64,000 nt of DNA, from positions 135,470,001 through 135,534,000 of the forward strand of contig OX597817.1 in NCBI GenBank assembly GCA_951406725.2. Reading direction: 5' to 3'. The DNA is from Octopus vulgaris (lineage: Eukaryota). Made by a program: the position numbers and the translations under genes. The notes below the pieces were generated by a model, which saw only the letters and a program-made list of their open reading frames with translations, did not search any database and was not told the DNA's origin. How positions within the stretch are numbered: position 1 is the stretch's first letter; the number at the start of each line of letters is the position of its first letter. Below are positions 38,416-51,935 of the stretch, piece after piece.

Positions 38416-40140
38416 TGCCGCTAGTAGGGTGAGGGTTGGAAATGTGTACAGTGAAGAATTCCGGGTAGAGGTAAGAGTCCACCAAGGCTCAGTACTCAGC
38501 CCCCTCCTATTTATCATAGTCCTCCAGGCAATAACGGAGGAATTCAAGACAGGATGCCCTTGGGAGCTCCTCTATGCTGATGACCTTGCTCTAATTGCTG
38601 AGTCGCTATCAGAACTGGAGGAGAAGTTTCAGGTGTGGAAACAAGGATTAGAATCGAAGGGCCTCAGAGTCAATCTAGCTAAAACCAAAGTCGTAATCAG
38701 TAGGAAGGTAGACAAATCACAAACACCTTCAGGTAGATGGCCCTGCTCGATCTGTAGAAAAGGTGTAGGTAGAAACTCTATAAGATGCACCAAGTGTAAG
38801 CTATGGACACATAAGAGATGCAGCAATGTCAAAGGAAGGCTAACTAGGAAGATGGTTTTTGTATGTGGCAGATGCTCAGGAACAATAAACACTGAAAATG
38901 CTCTAAGACCAACTTCCGTCACTTTCCAGGGAGAAAAACTAGAAATAGTTGATAGTTTCCGTTACCTAGGTGACCAAGTCAGCAGCGGGGGCGGGTGTGC
39001 TGAAAGTGTAACTGCTAGAGTAAGAATAGCTTGGGCAAAGTTCAGAGAGCTCTTACCTCTGCTGGTGACAAAAGGCCTCTCGCACAGAGTGAAAGGCAGA
39101 CTGTATGATGCGTGTGTACGAACAGCCATGCTACATGGCAGTGAAACATGGGCCGTGACTGCTGAGGATATGTGTAAGCTCACTAGAAATGAAGCCAGTA
39201 TGCTCCGATGGATGTGTAATGCCGGTACTCACACTCGGCAGAGTGTAAGTACCTTGAGAGAAAAGCTGGACCTAAGAAGCATCAGTTGTGGTGTGCAAGA
39301 GAGACGTTTGCGCTGGTATGGTCATGTGGCGAGAATGGATGAAGATAGTTGTGTGAAAAAGTGCCACACCCTAGCGGTTGAGGGAACCTGTGGAAGAGGC
39401 AGACCCAGGAAAACCTGGGACGAGGTGGTGAAGCACGACCTTCGAACTTTAGGTCTCACTGAGGAAATGACTAGAGACCGAGACCTCTGGAAGTGTGCTG
39501 TGCACGAGAAGACCCGGCAGGACAAGTGAGTCCATAACCCGTGGACTTCTACATGGGATGGAGCTAGCCTACGTATGCATACCTTCCCTTCTTGGGACAC
39601 AAAACTCTACTTGTGAAGACATGTTGAGGCAAGTGAGGATCAGAATCGAAATCGATCAATGGAAATTGCGGATGTGCTACCAGTGCCGGTGGCATGTCAA
39701 AACTCTGCTTGTGAAGACCCGTTGAGGCAAGTGAGGATCAGAATCGAAATCGATCAATGGAAATCGATCAATGGAAATTGCAGATGTGTTACCAGTGCCG
39801 GTGGCATGTAAGAGAACTTTCCGTTTCGCGACCGTTGCCAGCACCGCCCCGTTTCGTGTCCGTTGCCAGCCTCGCCTGGCCCTCGTGCCGGTGGCACATA
39901 AAAAGCACCATCCGTTCGTGGCCGTTTGCCAGCTCTGTCTGGCACCAGTGCGGGTGGCACGTAAAAAGCACCCACTACACTCACGGAGTGGTTGGCGTTA
40001 GGAAGGGCATCCAGCCGTAGAAACACTGCCAGATTTGACTGGGCCTGATGAAGCCTTCTGGCTTCACAGACCCCAGTAGAACCGTCCAACCCATGCTAGC
40101 ATGGAAAACGGACACTAAACGATGATGATGATGATGATGA
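38416..40140 (+). mobile_element. RTE-clade LINE, 5'-truncated, with open RT/C-terminal ORF (to stop at 39529) and 3' UTR ending in (GAT)n
   Basis: ORF has RT motifs HQGSVLSPLLF, LYADDL, FRYLG and RTE C-terminal RRLRWYGHV and RGRPRKTW; no stops over ~370 codons; flanked by TA-rich microsatellite. Confidence 0.92.
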
Positions 40141-40207
40141 TACATATATACATACATATATATACATATATATATATACATATATATACATACATATACA
40201 TACATAC

Positions 40208-40271
<64 letters not shown>

Positions 40272-40331
40272 ACATATATATACATACATATATATATATA
40301 CATATATATACATACATATACATACATATAC

Positions 40332-40364
<33 letters not shown>

Positions 40365-40365
40365 C

Positions 40366-40412
<47 letters not shown>

Positions 40413-40453
40413 CATATATATACATACATATACATATATATACATACATATAC

Positions 40454-40490
<37 letters not shown>
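40141..40490. repeat. (TA)/(TACA) microsatellite
   Basis: Direct inspection. Confidence 0.95.
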
Positions 40491-40491
<1 letters not shown>

Positions 40492-40920
40492 TCTTTTATT
40501 CTTTTACTTGTTTCAGTCATTTGACTGCGGCCATGCTGGAGCACTGCCTTTAGTTGAGCAAATCAACCCCAGGACTTACTTTTTGTAAGCCTAATACTTA
40601 TTCTATCAGTCACTTTTGCCAAACCACTAAGTTACGGGGATGTAAACACACCAGCATCAGTTGTCAAGTGATGTTGGGAGGGGGCGGGCAAACTCAGACA
40701 CACAAACACACACATATACATACATATATATATACGATGGGCTTCTTTCAGTTTCTGTCTACCAAATCCACTCACAAGGCTTTGGTTGGTCCGAGGCTAT
40801 AGTATAAGACACTTGCCCAAGGTGCCACACAGTGGGACTGAACCCAAAACCATGTGGTTGGTAAGCAAGCTACTTACCAGACAGCCACTCTCTCTATATA
40901 TATATATAAATATAGGTGGA

Positions 40921-41223
40921 GGCGCAATGGCCCAGTGGTTAGGGCAGCGGACTCGCGGTCATAGGATCACGGTTTCGATTCCTAGACTAGGCATTGTGAG
41001 TGTTTATTGAGCGAAAACAGCTAAGGCTCCACGAGGCTCCGGCAGGGGGTGGTGGCAATCCCTGCTGTACTCTTTTGCCGCAACTTTCTCTCACTCTTTC
41101 TTCTGTTGGCCTGCTCACTTAGCCAGCGGGGTGGCGTCATTTGAAGGCTAAAACAATGCGATGTGCATTGTGACCAGCGATGTGTAGCAACATCTGATAG
41201 CCTGGTCGGTCACGGTGATCACA

Positions 41224-41225
<2 letters not shown>
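40921..41225 (+). mobile_element. tRNA-derived SINE family C
   Basis: ggcgcaatggcccagtggttagg A-box and ggtttcgattcc B-box followed by a unique body; sits between TA microsatellites. Confidence 0.7.
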
Positions 41226-41292
<67 letters not shown>

Positions 41293-41307
41293 ACACACAC
41301 ATATTTA

Positions 41308-41358
<51 letters not shown>

Positions 41359-41665
41359 TTATGTTTGGATGGGTGGTTTTGTGCCGTTCATCCAACACAG
41401 ATCAGTGCTGACATTAACGTCAAGATCCCATTCATTAGCAGACTTCATAATGCTGATAATATAAACGAAGGAGATAAATTCCAGGTTTTCCTTTCTGAAA
41501 TGTAAAATGGGGTACACTTGCCCGCAACCAGTTGGCAATCCACCATTACGTGGAAACCAGGTCAGATTGCAGGAAAGACATAGGGAAATATTTACAGGAA
41601 TTGGACAAAGATTTGATTAAACAGAAAGAATTACAACACAGAAGGGAAGTACTGTTATCTCTTAC

Positions 41666-41761
41666 CGTACTAATTTCTTGTAGAGATTGTATTTGTGTGT
41701 CTCGTTCTTGTTGTGCAGCGTACAATTGTTCAAGAGTGTGTTCACTGGCGCGATGACCTTC
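41666..41761 (-). CDS. GRIPAP1: GRIPAP1 coding exon (EGHRASEHTLEQLYAAQQERDTQIQSLQEIST)
   Basis: ttttgcag| ... ACG|gtaaga; 96 nt, phase 0/0. Confidence 0.87.
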
Positions 41762-42406
41762 CTGCAAAAATATTTCCATTATGAGATGAAATATAGGAAA
41801 TGTGATAAATACTGGAAAGTTATGTGGCTTTAATTATTTTCTTAATTATTAAGCATTAAACTGAGCTTCATGTGAAACTGTTGTTTATGTATGAACGAGT
41901 ATATATCATCAGCATCAACAACAACATCACTGACATCATTGGTTTTACATCCATTTTTCCATGCTGGCATGGGTTGGACAGAACTTTTCAAGACAGTGTT
42001 CTACAGCCAGGTACTCTTCCTGATGTCAGCTGTTTTACTTGACTATTAAGGTATGCAGTGATAAAATAGACTTGTCAAGGGTATGTGCATGCTTATGCAT
42101 ATGTATGTGTGCATACGTGCACACAACTGTTACTTATTTAGTCCAAAACTATAATCTTTGTAGCACCACCACACCTTTATACAGCAATAATCCATTCTAC
42201 TGTAGGCACAAGACCTGAAATTTGGGGGTGAGGTATAGTCGATTACATTGACCCCTGTGCTTATCTGGTAATTGATTTATCAACACTGAAAGGATGAAAG
42301 GCAAAGTCGACCTCAGCGAAATTTGAACTCAGAACATAAAGACAAACAAAATACCACTAAGCATTTTGACTAGCATGCTAACAATTCTGCAAGTTCACTG
42401 CCTTCC

Positions 42407-42447
<41 letters not shown>

Positions 42448-43100
42448 TTGTATACTACACAAGTGCATCGGACCTCTGCAGAATGTGTGGGAAGAGGGTC
42501 GAAAGTCTGATTCACATTGATAGTGTTTGTGAAAGTCTTGTGCAGAAAGAGTACAAGTGTAGACATGACACGGTAGCCCAAAACCTACAAAACCTACTTA
42601 CTACATCGTAAGTATGGATATGAGGTTATGGGTGCTTGGTACCAACATACAGCGGAAAAGGTAATGGACAAAAAGGGGGAGGCAAAAATCCTCTGGGACG
42701 ACTTTGACTTCTAGACAGACAAAGTGTTAGAACACCGATGGCTGGATATAATAACCTTTAGTGGGGACAAACAAGAGTGCTTAATAATCGACGCAGTAGT
42801 GCCAAGAGATCAACATGTCATCATGAAAGAAAAAGAAAAGGATGATAAATATGGAGACCTGAGAATTGAAATCGCTAAGATGTGGCAGCTGTGAGAGTCA
42901 AACATAAAGGTTATCCCTATTGTCATCAGAGCATTTGGTTCAATACCACCCAATCTCAAAAAGCGTCTGGAAACCTTAGAAATACCCTACAATCTAGATG
43001 TATTGCAAAAGTCGGCATTACTTGGAATTGCACGCATATTGTGTAAAGTACTGTCTGTCTGAGGTCCTTGTTGTGATTTGACAAACAGTACAATAATCAA
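42448..43100 (+). mobile_element. R4/Dong-type LINE 3' fragment (CCHC knuckle + restriction-like endonuclease), decayed
   Basis: Reads CRMCGKRVESLIH..CESL..YKCRHD..KILWD..IIDAVVP..EKDDKYGDL..VIPIVIRAFG..LQKSALLG..LCKVL with stops; abuts (TAA)n at 42407-42447. Confidence 0.85.
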
Positions 43101-44906
43101 ATAAAGTTATCTAATAGTCACACAGGCCTGAATAACAAGCATGTCATCACATGGTCGCTAAGCCTGGCAGAAATAACAGCTAAATTTCTCTGAAATAACA
43201 GCTTATTATCTCAGAAAAGAAAGCACTCTATAGATAATGTGGAAGAGTGCATGAAGAACATAAGGATGGGAGGGCCATGGCTGGAATGTTTCCCAACATA
43301 GCTTTTAATCAGAATTGATATAGTTTTGGGACTAAACAACAACTAAAGTCGGTTCTGCTAGGATTTAATGGGGAGATTTGGTTTTATACACCCGAAAGTT
43401 TGCAGAGGGTATCATTAAAAGAAATAGAATAAGAAAGGGAGATAACTCCCGGAAGAAATGGTACAGAAAGACAATTATCTCCCCTCATTCATTTTCCAGT
43501 TTTTCTGCTTGTCCATCACAGATACGGCGATGTTCCTTCCTCTTAAATAGTTGCTAATTGACAGAATCCAATTAAATGACGAACAGAGAGGAAATTACTA
43601 AAGACTTGAGGTTCCGGGAAGAAGAAAAAACTGAGTTAAGGGAGTTAATGTGGTATTTGGAGGGGATTAATTTTGTTAGTTCGTCAGTCAAGGACATCAC
43701 ATGGGAGACGGAAACGGTACTCGATGTGTTTGGCTATGGTTGGGCAGTGTGAAGCATGCTGGGAATGCTCTGCTGGCACTGCGGAGGCAAGGAGTTGGCT
43801 CTGGACTTGTGAAGTTCAAATTCCACCAAGGTCAACTTTGCCTTTCATCATTTCGGGGTTGATAAATTAAGCACGAGTTACACACACTGGGGTCGGTGTA
43901 ATCGACTTAATCCCTTTGTTTGTCTTTGTTTGTCCCCTCTATATTTAGCCCCTTGTGGGCAATAAAGAAATAAATGAAACCAAAACCAGGTGATTGCAAG
44001 GAAAGCTTCTTAACCACACAGCCACGCCTAAACCTAGAGTTTTACCATTTTTTTCTTTTTCTTTTTGTACTTTTTCTATCAAAATTTCTTTCAGCAGTAA
44101 AATTTTCTTAACCTTTTCAAACAACAATACAGTTAATGTTTTCTTTCACATAACTAAACTGTCCGTTTACCAATGTTATTGGTTACTACGATGCTTACAT
44201 AATCTGACAATCCTACAATGTGTGAGAGGCCACATTGTTTGCAGCAAACAGTGCATGACTTGGCTTCTTTAGCTGCAGTTGTTTCCATTGACGATAGAAA
44301 ACCTATGACTGACAATCATATTTCAACAGAGATTTGTTTACACAGTATCAGGTTTTATGTATTACAATATATTCCTTAGACTTGCACAGCTATTTTTATT
44401 TAACTTTAACTTGCGGTTGACCTGACAGCAACAACAATTATGATAATAATAATAATGATGGAGTCTTCCATTGAAGTGACACGGGGGAGTTCAGCTCTTC
44501 ACCAAACGGCCTGCATGCAAATGGTTGGTTTGTAGGGATCTAAATGTATATGCAGTGCATTAGCTCACTCCCTTCTGCATCAAATCGACGTTGTCTGAAC
44601 AGGTGCATGGTGTACCATGCGTCAGGTGCATGGTGTACCATGCGTCAGGCTAACGACTAGGCCATGCGCCCTCACCTAACAACAATAATAATAATAATTG
44701 AGCAGGATGGGCTACTCGACCCAAAGAAAATTCTAACTGGGCCCCTACCTGCAAGGTCATGCACTGTTTATCTTGATATGAGGTCGCCATGTCGTGCACG
44801 TATAGTTGTGATGCATGTGCCTGGTGTACCCTTATCAGATGGGTATACTGGGCTTCATGTATTTTACCCCAGTGACACTTTGATGGCATACACTGATCTT
44901 TCACTC

Positions 44907-44939
<33 letters not shown>

Positions 44940-44941
<2 letters not shown>

Positions 44942-45490
44942 TGCAGTACCAGGCAGTGACTCTCATGGCTTCTGATCTTAACTGATTGGAACTGTTATCA
45001 TGAACATTGTTTTGTTTTGGTGTAAAAGATGGGCTACAGCAAATATTCTGCTCAATACCACAGATTTACTTGTCAGTTGTTTGATTGACCAGCTGAGCAT
45101 GTCCCTTAGTGGCTGACGATATGTGCATCTCTGATCATGAGCAGAAGTAGTGGGGGAGCATCATAGCCATGTGTTGAGAGGGATTCTTTGGGGTTTGAAG
45201 AATTCACCTCTGGAAACATGGGTGTTTCGTTCAACATCCTTAAACAACCCTTGTTCAGGGACCTTTTGAGTGGGATGGGTTACTCAACCAGAAGAAAATT
45301 CTAACTGGACCCCACCTGCAAGGTCATGTGCTGTTTACCTTGATATAAAGATAACCAAGCCATGCACACATGGTTGTGATGCATGTGCCTAGTGTACCCT
45401 TATCAGACGGGTAGTCATGATGGGTATACTGGGCTTTGTATATTTTACCCCAGTGACACTTTGATGGCATGCACTGCTCTCTCACACAAT
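44940..45490. repeat. ~500-bp dispersed repeat flanked by (AAT)n
   Basis: Near-identical to 25846-26335, partial copies at 10171-10400 and 44699-44906; every copy abuts (AAT)n. Confidence 0.8.
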
Positions 45491-46509
45491 AATCAAAATA
45501 ATCATTTAACGTCCAATTTCCATGCTGGCATGGGTTGGACAGTTGACTGGGGACCGGCAAGCCAGGAGGCCGCACCAGGCTCCAACCTGATCTGGTAGTG
45601 TTTCTACAGCTGGATGCCCTTCTTAATGCCAACCACTCTGAGAGTATAGTGGGTGCTTTTTACGTGCCACCGGCACAGGAGCCAGTCTGACGGCACTGGC
45701 ATCAAATGTAAATAATGTAATTTGAATAAGTTACCTTCTTTACAATACTACAGACTTATGGTCAGTTGTGGTCAGTTGCACATTGCTCTCAGAAGAGTTA
45801 TGGATTCACCTGACAAAGATTTTTGCTAATCAAAGTCAGTTCGTTCTACCAAGAAGATCTCACAAACATCCCAATTACGAAAAGGGTAAAATCATGAAAA
45901 ATATTCCCTTTTTTTTTATCTTGTACTCGTTTCAGTCATTAGACTGCAGTCATGCTGGGGCACCACCTTGAAGTCAGCCTCATGCTTGTTCTGGCAGATT
46001 CTTTTGCGAAACTGTTACTTTCTGAGGATGTAAACACAACAACACTGGTGGTGGTTGTGGCAGACACACACACATGTATATACACAATGGGCTTCTTTCA
46101 GTTACCATCTACCAAATCCATTTCCAAGGCTTTGGTCGGCCCAAGGTGCCATGCAGTTGGACTGAACCCAGAACCATGCAGTTGGAAAGCAAGCTTCTTA
46201 CCACACCGCCACGACTGTACCTATAATGTCTACACAAACATTATTGAAATGTCAAAACATCTCATCTGTTCCATATAAATTTAGAAACAGATCAAGACTA
46301 ATCCGTATTTTGGTCGATTAAACGTTCCTTTTATTTCCAAATTGTTTTACCTTCTTTTATTTAATTCTTTCTTAGAATCTGTACACGCCCGTTTCTGCTG
46401 AATAATAATAACCTCATTTTACTAAATTCTTCATTATTAAAAAAAAAGACAGAATATTTCAACAGAAATATGGTAATGAAAATGTTAAATAAGGCATTGG
46501 TGGAAGTTC

Positions 46510-46906
46510 TTACACATACACATACAACTATATGCAAACACACACAAGCGTTCACACATACAAACACACACACAACAGTACACAAGCATTCACACATACA
46601 AACACATACACATATGTGCACACATGCAATCACACAAACATGGAATTGCATGCAAACATACAACAGACACATACACACATACATACAACCATGCAACCAC
46701 ATGCAATCACGCACACGCACACACACACGTGCGCACACACACCACAGTATACAACTATGTAAACACACACTACCATATGCACATGCACAATATACAAATA
46801 CATATATACATACACAACTACATATAGATACATACACAACTACACACACACACACACACATACAATCAAACAGAAATATGAACTTGCACACACACACACA
46901 CACACA
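46510..46906. repeat. Degenerate (CA)n repeat
   Basis: Direct inspection. Confidence 0.9.
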
Positions 46907-47101
46907 ATCGGCCTTTCTCTAAACTGGCTGTTTGCCCAAACTAACAACATCCATCTGTTCAGAAATAAACAAGTTTATACGTACTTAGATGTTTTATTAT
47001 TCTAATGTGTTTATTATTATTATCATCATTATCAGTATCATCATCATTATTATTATGATTATTATTATTAATATTATTATTATTATTATTATTATTATCA
47101 T

Positions 47102-48390
47102 CACGGAGGCGGAGCACTGCAAAAGGCCGATAACAGCTTTTGAAATATGGGATGCAATGGCTAGCTGCTTTGTTTGGATAATCTGCCCTACGAGCTTCAC
47201 ACTTACATGCCAGACTTGTTCGGCGACCTCTTAGCAAATGTTTACTGCAACTGGCAACAGAACGCAAGAATTCCCAGTTATGTGAGCCAAGGAGCAGTGG
47301 AGATGCTGAGAAAAGACCCAAACAAGGGGGATTGTATTGATAACTTTAGGCCCATAACTCTGCTGAATGCAGAATTCAAAATTTTATCCAAGTGTTAGCT
47401 ACGAGGTTGGCGCTTGTCGTCGGGGAGCTGGTAGGGGAGGCACAGACATGTGCCATCCTGGAAAGATCCATCCATGACAACCTCCACTTCATGCAATACA
47501 TCATTGAGAAAGTGGCTAAATAACCTGGCACAGGTAGGGCCCTGATCAATTTAGATCAGTTTAAAGCTTTCGATAGGGTTGACCATCTATAACTAGTGGC
47601 ATTCCTCAAACCAGCTGGTTTCGGGCCTGTATCCAGGGGCTGGATCACTGCAATGCACAGCGGCATCTGTTTAGTGGTCAGAGTGAATGGTCATCTCTCA
47701 GAACCATCCAACACCATGCGCTCGGTCCTGCAAGGTTGCCTCGTCTCGTCTCTCTTGTATGTACTGACTCTCGAGATACTACTACACAAACTGGAGGTGT
47801 TGTGAGGCATCCTGTGTGACCTAGGATGTGGGAGATGTGTGTTGGCATATGCTGACGACATCGCCATAGTGATGTCAGATCATAAACACATAGAAATGAT
47901 CAGCACCACTCTCAGGGACTACAAGGCAATTTCAGGAGCGATGATTAACCAGGAAAAATCAGTGGGCTCACAGCTTGACACCTGCAGAAGCAAGTCCATG
48001 CTGTCCAACTGCATCGTTGGGCACTGGACAGACGGATCAGTTAGATTGCTCAGGGTCTGGTTCGGTTCAGACCTCCAGATGGACAAAAACTGGGACGAGG
48101 TAACAAGCAGTGTGACTACTCTCAGCCAGAAATGGGCCCAGAGAAAGCTACTCCTGAAAGGTTGGGCAGACGCAGCTAACGCATATATCCCATCTGTTAT
48201 CCACTATCGCTTGACCATCGTGCCTTGTCCTGGCCACCGTCTAATTATGCTGAGCATATACTCTTCCACTTCCTGTGGAAGGGAACATCCCGATGGTCAG
48301 GAAGTCTATCTGTGGACAACACCCGCTGCCTGGTGGCCTGGGCATGCCGTGTTTGATGATGCGCAGACATGTGCTGAGGCTACATCTCCA
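47102..48390 (+). mobile_element. Tx1/L1-clade LINE reverse-transcriptase remnant
   Basis: NFRPITLLNAEFKILSK, LDQFKAFDRVDH, VRVNGHLS, LQGCLVSSLLY, AYADD motifs across broken ORFs. Confidence 0.85.
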
Positions 48391-48902
48391 GTGCATCCTG
48401 TGGTCGCTGTTCATTATTAAAGCAGTGAGCTGACAGAATTTGAGTGTGGTTGTTGCCAGTGCCGCCAGACTGGCTCCCGTGCAGGTAGCATGTAAAAAAA
48501 CACCTTTTGGGTGTGGTCATTGCTAGAACCACCTGACTGGCCCTCATGCTGGTGTCACGTAAGAAGCAGCCATTATACTCTTGGAGTGGTTGGCGTTAGG
48601 AAGGGCATCCAGCTGTAGAAACTTTGCCAGATCAGATTGAAGCCTGGTGCAGCCTTCTGGCTCACCAGTCCTCAGTCAACCTGTCCAACTCATGCCAGCA
48701 TGGAAAACGGATGTGCTGGGCGAAATGCTTAATGGCATTTCATCAATGTGCATGTCCCAAGTTCAAATTACACCGAGGTCAACTTTGCTTTTCATCCTTT
48801 TCAGGTCAATAAAACTAGTACCAGTTGTGTATTGGGGGTCGATGAAACTGACTATCCCACTCTCAGAAAATTTCAGGCTTTGTGCCTATAGTAAAAAGGA
48901 TC

Positions 48903-49270
48903 ATTACATTCTCCTTAGTGAAGGCAGAGGTACTGTTTTCAGTTGTGTTTGATATCTCAAACACAAGATGTCTCAAGAACCTGTGGATTGATTTGGATGA
49001 AACTTTCAGGGATGTTTGGCCCCGTGACTGGCACGAACTGATTAGATTTTGGGATCGATCTGGTACAAGACAAGAATTCTGGATTATTTTTCCGTTTTTT
49101 TTTTACTTAATTTTTGAGAGAGCGGTTGAGTTCATTTTAAGTATTCTCATTTGTGAGAGCAGTCGAGTTTATTTCAGATATTCCCATTTTAAAAATCATC
49201 TCTGGCTAATCGTCAAGAGGACGTTGTTGTTGCCTTGGTGGAGGTTTGCGCTCTCTGAGTGCTCTTGTTA
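48903..49270 (+). mobile_element. Helentron-associated non-autonomous element (HINE/DINE-1-like)
   Basis: Internal gatttggatgaaactt..ttagattttggg and 3' ggaggtttgcgctctctgagtgctctt end, as in Helentron-associated elements; ends in T-rich sequence. Confidence 0.55.
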
Positions 49271-49846
49271 TTATTATTATTATTATTATTATTGTTGTTG
49301 TTATTATTATCATTATTATTATCATCAAGGCAGCAAACAGGCAGAAACATTAGCATGCCGAGCAAAATGCTTTGCAACATTTCGTTCAGAGTTCAAATTC
49401 TGCTGAGGTCGACTTTGCCTTTCACCCTTTCAAGGTCAATAAAATAAGTATCAGTTGAACACTGGGACTCAATGTAATCAACTTACCCCCTCCCCCAAAA
49501 TCGCTGGCCTTGCAACAAAATTTGAAATTGTTATTATAATTATTGTTGTTATAACAACAGATGCCAGTGAAACAGATGTCACTTTGTCAGTTTATTTCTT
49601 TTGTAGATGTCAAAGTGGTTGGGAGTGATGTTGGAGGTGGGAGGGGAGGGGGGTCAGCCCTATTTGATGAAAACAACAACAACAACACAACTGCAATATG
49701 TCGTCACTCTCCTAGTTTTTGCCTTAAAACAATCAATATCACAAAAACCAACCAATTATCTATTATTGATACCATCTTTCAATATAGACAACTACAACTG
49801 CTGCTGCTGCTACTGCTGCTGCTGCCACTGCTGCTACTACGACGAC

Positions 49847-49886
<40 letters not shown>

Positions 49887-50479
49887 ACTACTTGTAGTAG
49901 TAGTAGTAGTAGTTGCTGTTGTTGTTGCTTGGCCCTAGGCCAAACCCCATTTAGCCGACCTGTAATCAAAGAATCAAAGATGTTCCAGCCACAAACCTCT
50001 CTCATCTTCTTTTGCTTTTTGAGGGGTTTTATTTTTACATATATCCAACACCTGTATTATCCACCGTATCCTACCTTTCTCTGAAGACAGTGGAATGGAT
50101 TCAAGGAAGACTGCATGACTTATCTAAGTCAGTTTTCCCCCAGTCTCTATTTCTTCATTTTTAATGCAGTCCCTTTCAGGTGTCATTCAAGACCTAAACA
50201 TGGATTGAACCTGAACCATATAATTTCACAGACTGGGTCTAATGTTCTAGCACTGGTCTATTTGTTAAAATATAATTTACACTTTCAATCCCTGTCCTAG
50301 CTCGTGAATGACACCTCGAAGTGTCTGGAGGATAATAGTGACAGAATCTCTGATTCCACACATCCAAGCTAAAGAAACAACTTGTTAAACAGACATCAAC
50401 TAGACAATAGGTTTACCATGATTTGATGTGAAACTTCTTAATGTATAGAAGATGATGAAATAAAGAAAAAACCCGTTAC

Positions 50480-50614
50480 CTGCAGTTGAACTTTAAAGTC
50501 ATCAAACTGCTGGGCCTGCATGGCTAGTTGTTTCTCCAGAACACTAATTCGCTGTTTGTACTCCGTTTCAACTTCATCACGCTGCTGGTTGTTAACAATA
50601 CTTGTGGCATCGAT
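50480..50614 (-). CDS. GRIPAP1: GRIPAP1 coding exon (IDATSIVNNQQRDEVETEYKQRISVLEKQLAMQAQQFDDFKVQLQ)
   Basis: tgtctttag| ... CAG|gtaacg; 135 nt, phase 0/0; coiled-coil. Confidence 0.88.
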
Positions 50615-51935
50615 CTAAAGACACAAGAAGAAACCTCGCATAAATACAGTGAGGAACTGTGACATCAATCTATATAGACATACGAAAAAATCTCACACAA
50701 GTACAGAGAGGGAATATAGCATCGATCTAGAGGCACAGGAAGAAATCTCACATAACTACAGTAAGGTCGAGACATGAACAGAGAAATTAATGGGTTCTTT
50801 TTGTTGCACCGCGTCTTCTGACAATGAAATATTGTTGTTATTGTTGTTGCAATTGCTCAGACCTATGATCAAGCTTAATCCTGCCATGACCGCCCTGCCT
50901 TTTATTCAGATGTATTGTACTGTGCTATGGACTACGTTATCCGATGTGTCTTCCTTATTTTATGATAGTAAAGCTATGATCTAAAGAAGGTTTGACTACT
51001 ATTTTTAGCAAAGTTAGGAAACCGCACAAACACACAATGAAGTAAATGCTTGTGAGGTTTGTATCTTTGGAATGGCCGTTGTGAGGAAACGGTAAAATAT
51101 GTTTGGAGTTAGGGTTTGTAGCAGAAGATGACAAGTAAATCTGTTGTGTGTCATTTATATATTCAAGGCAAACAGATGAACATAAGATAAAAAAAAAGGT
51201 AAAAAAAGTCAGGGAACTAAAAGAGGACTGACTTTTATGAAAAATATTGTTTCTTCTCTCAAGATAGATAAAATATTCCATATTGATAGTTTCAGTCAAT
51301 TTCTTGTGTTGTATATGTATGGTATCATGTATATTATTTGTATATGTGTATATATCATTATCGTCATCATTTTAATGCTCCCTTTTCCATGCCTACAAAG
51401 GTCAAACAGGGTTTATTTGAAGCAAATTTTCTGTCATGTTTTCAAGCAAAGAAATATTTCCCTATAACCAAACATATTTTGAAGAATGTTGTAAATGAAT
51501 GACATTGCTTGTATGTTGACTAGGCAATCATTTGACAACAACCACAGAATGCCATTGCAAGAAAACACAAACACACACACACACACAACAACAGGCTTCT
51601 CTCAGTTTCTGTCAACCAAACACACTCAGTCCAGGGCTATAATAGAAGACACTTTCCCAAGGTGCCACAGAGAGGGACTGAACCTAGAACCATGAGGTCA
51701 GGCAGTAGACTTCTTACTGTACAGCTACACCTACATATACATATACATATATAAACTTATAAAATAAAGCATTTAAAATGCCAGACTGATCTTGGCAAAT
51801 GTTTCTAATTAAAGAGTGGAATTTCCCTGGGGTCAGCTAGTAATACATAAAAGCAGATCTTAAGATTGATTGAGAAGAAAGCATGAAGACATTTAAGGCT
51901 GAATGCAATTATTCCAAAACTGAACGAGTTCTTAC

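Noticed and set aside
40921-40995. Functional tRNA gene
   Set aside because: tRNA-like head continues into a SINE body with no proper acceptor stem or terminator.
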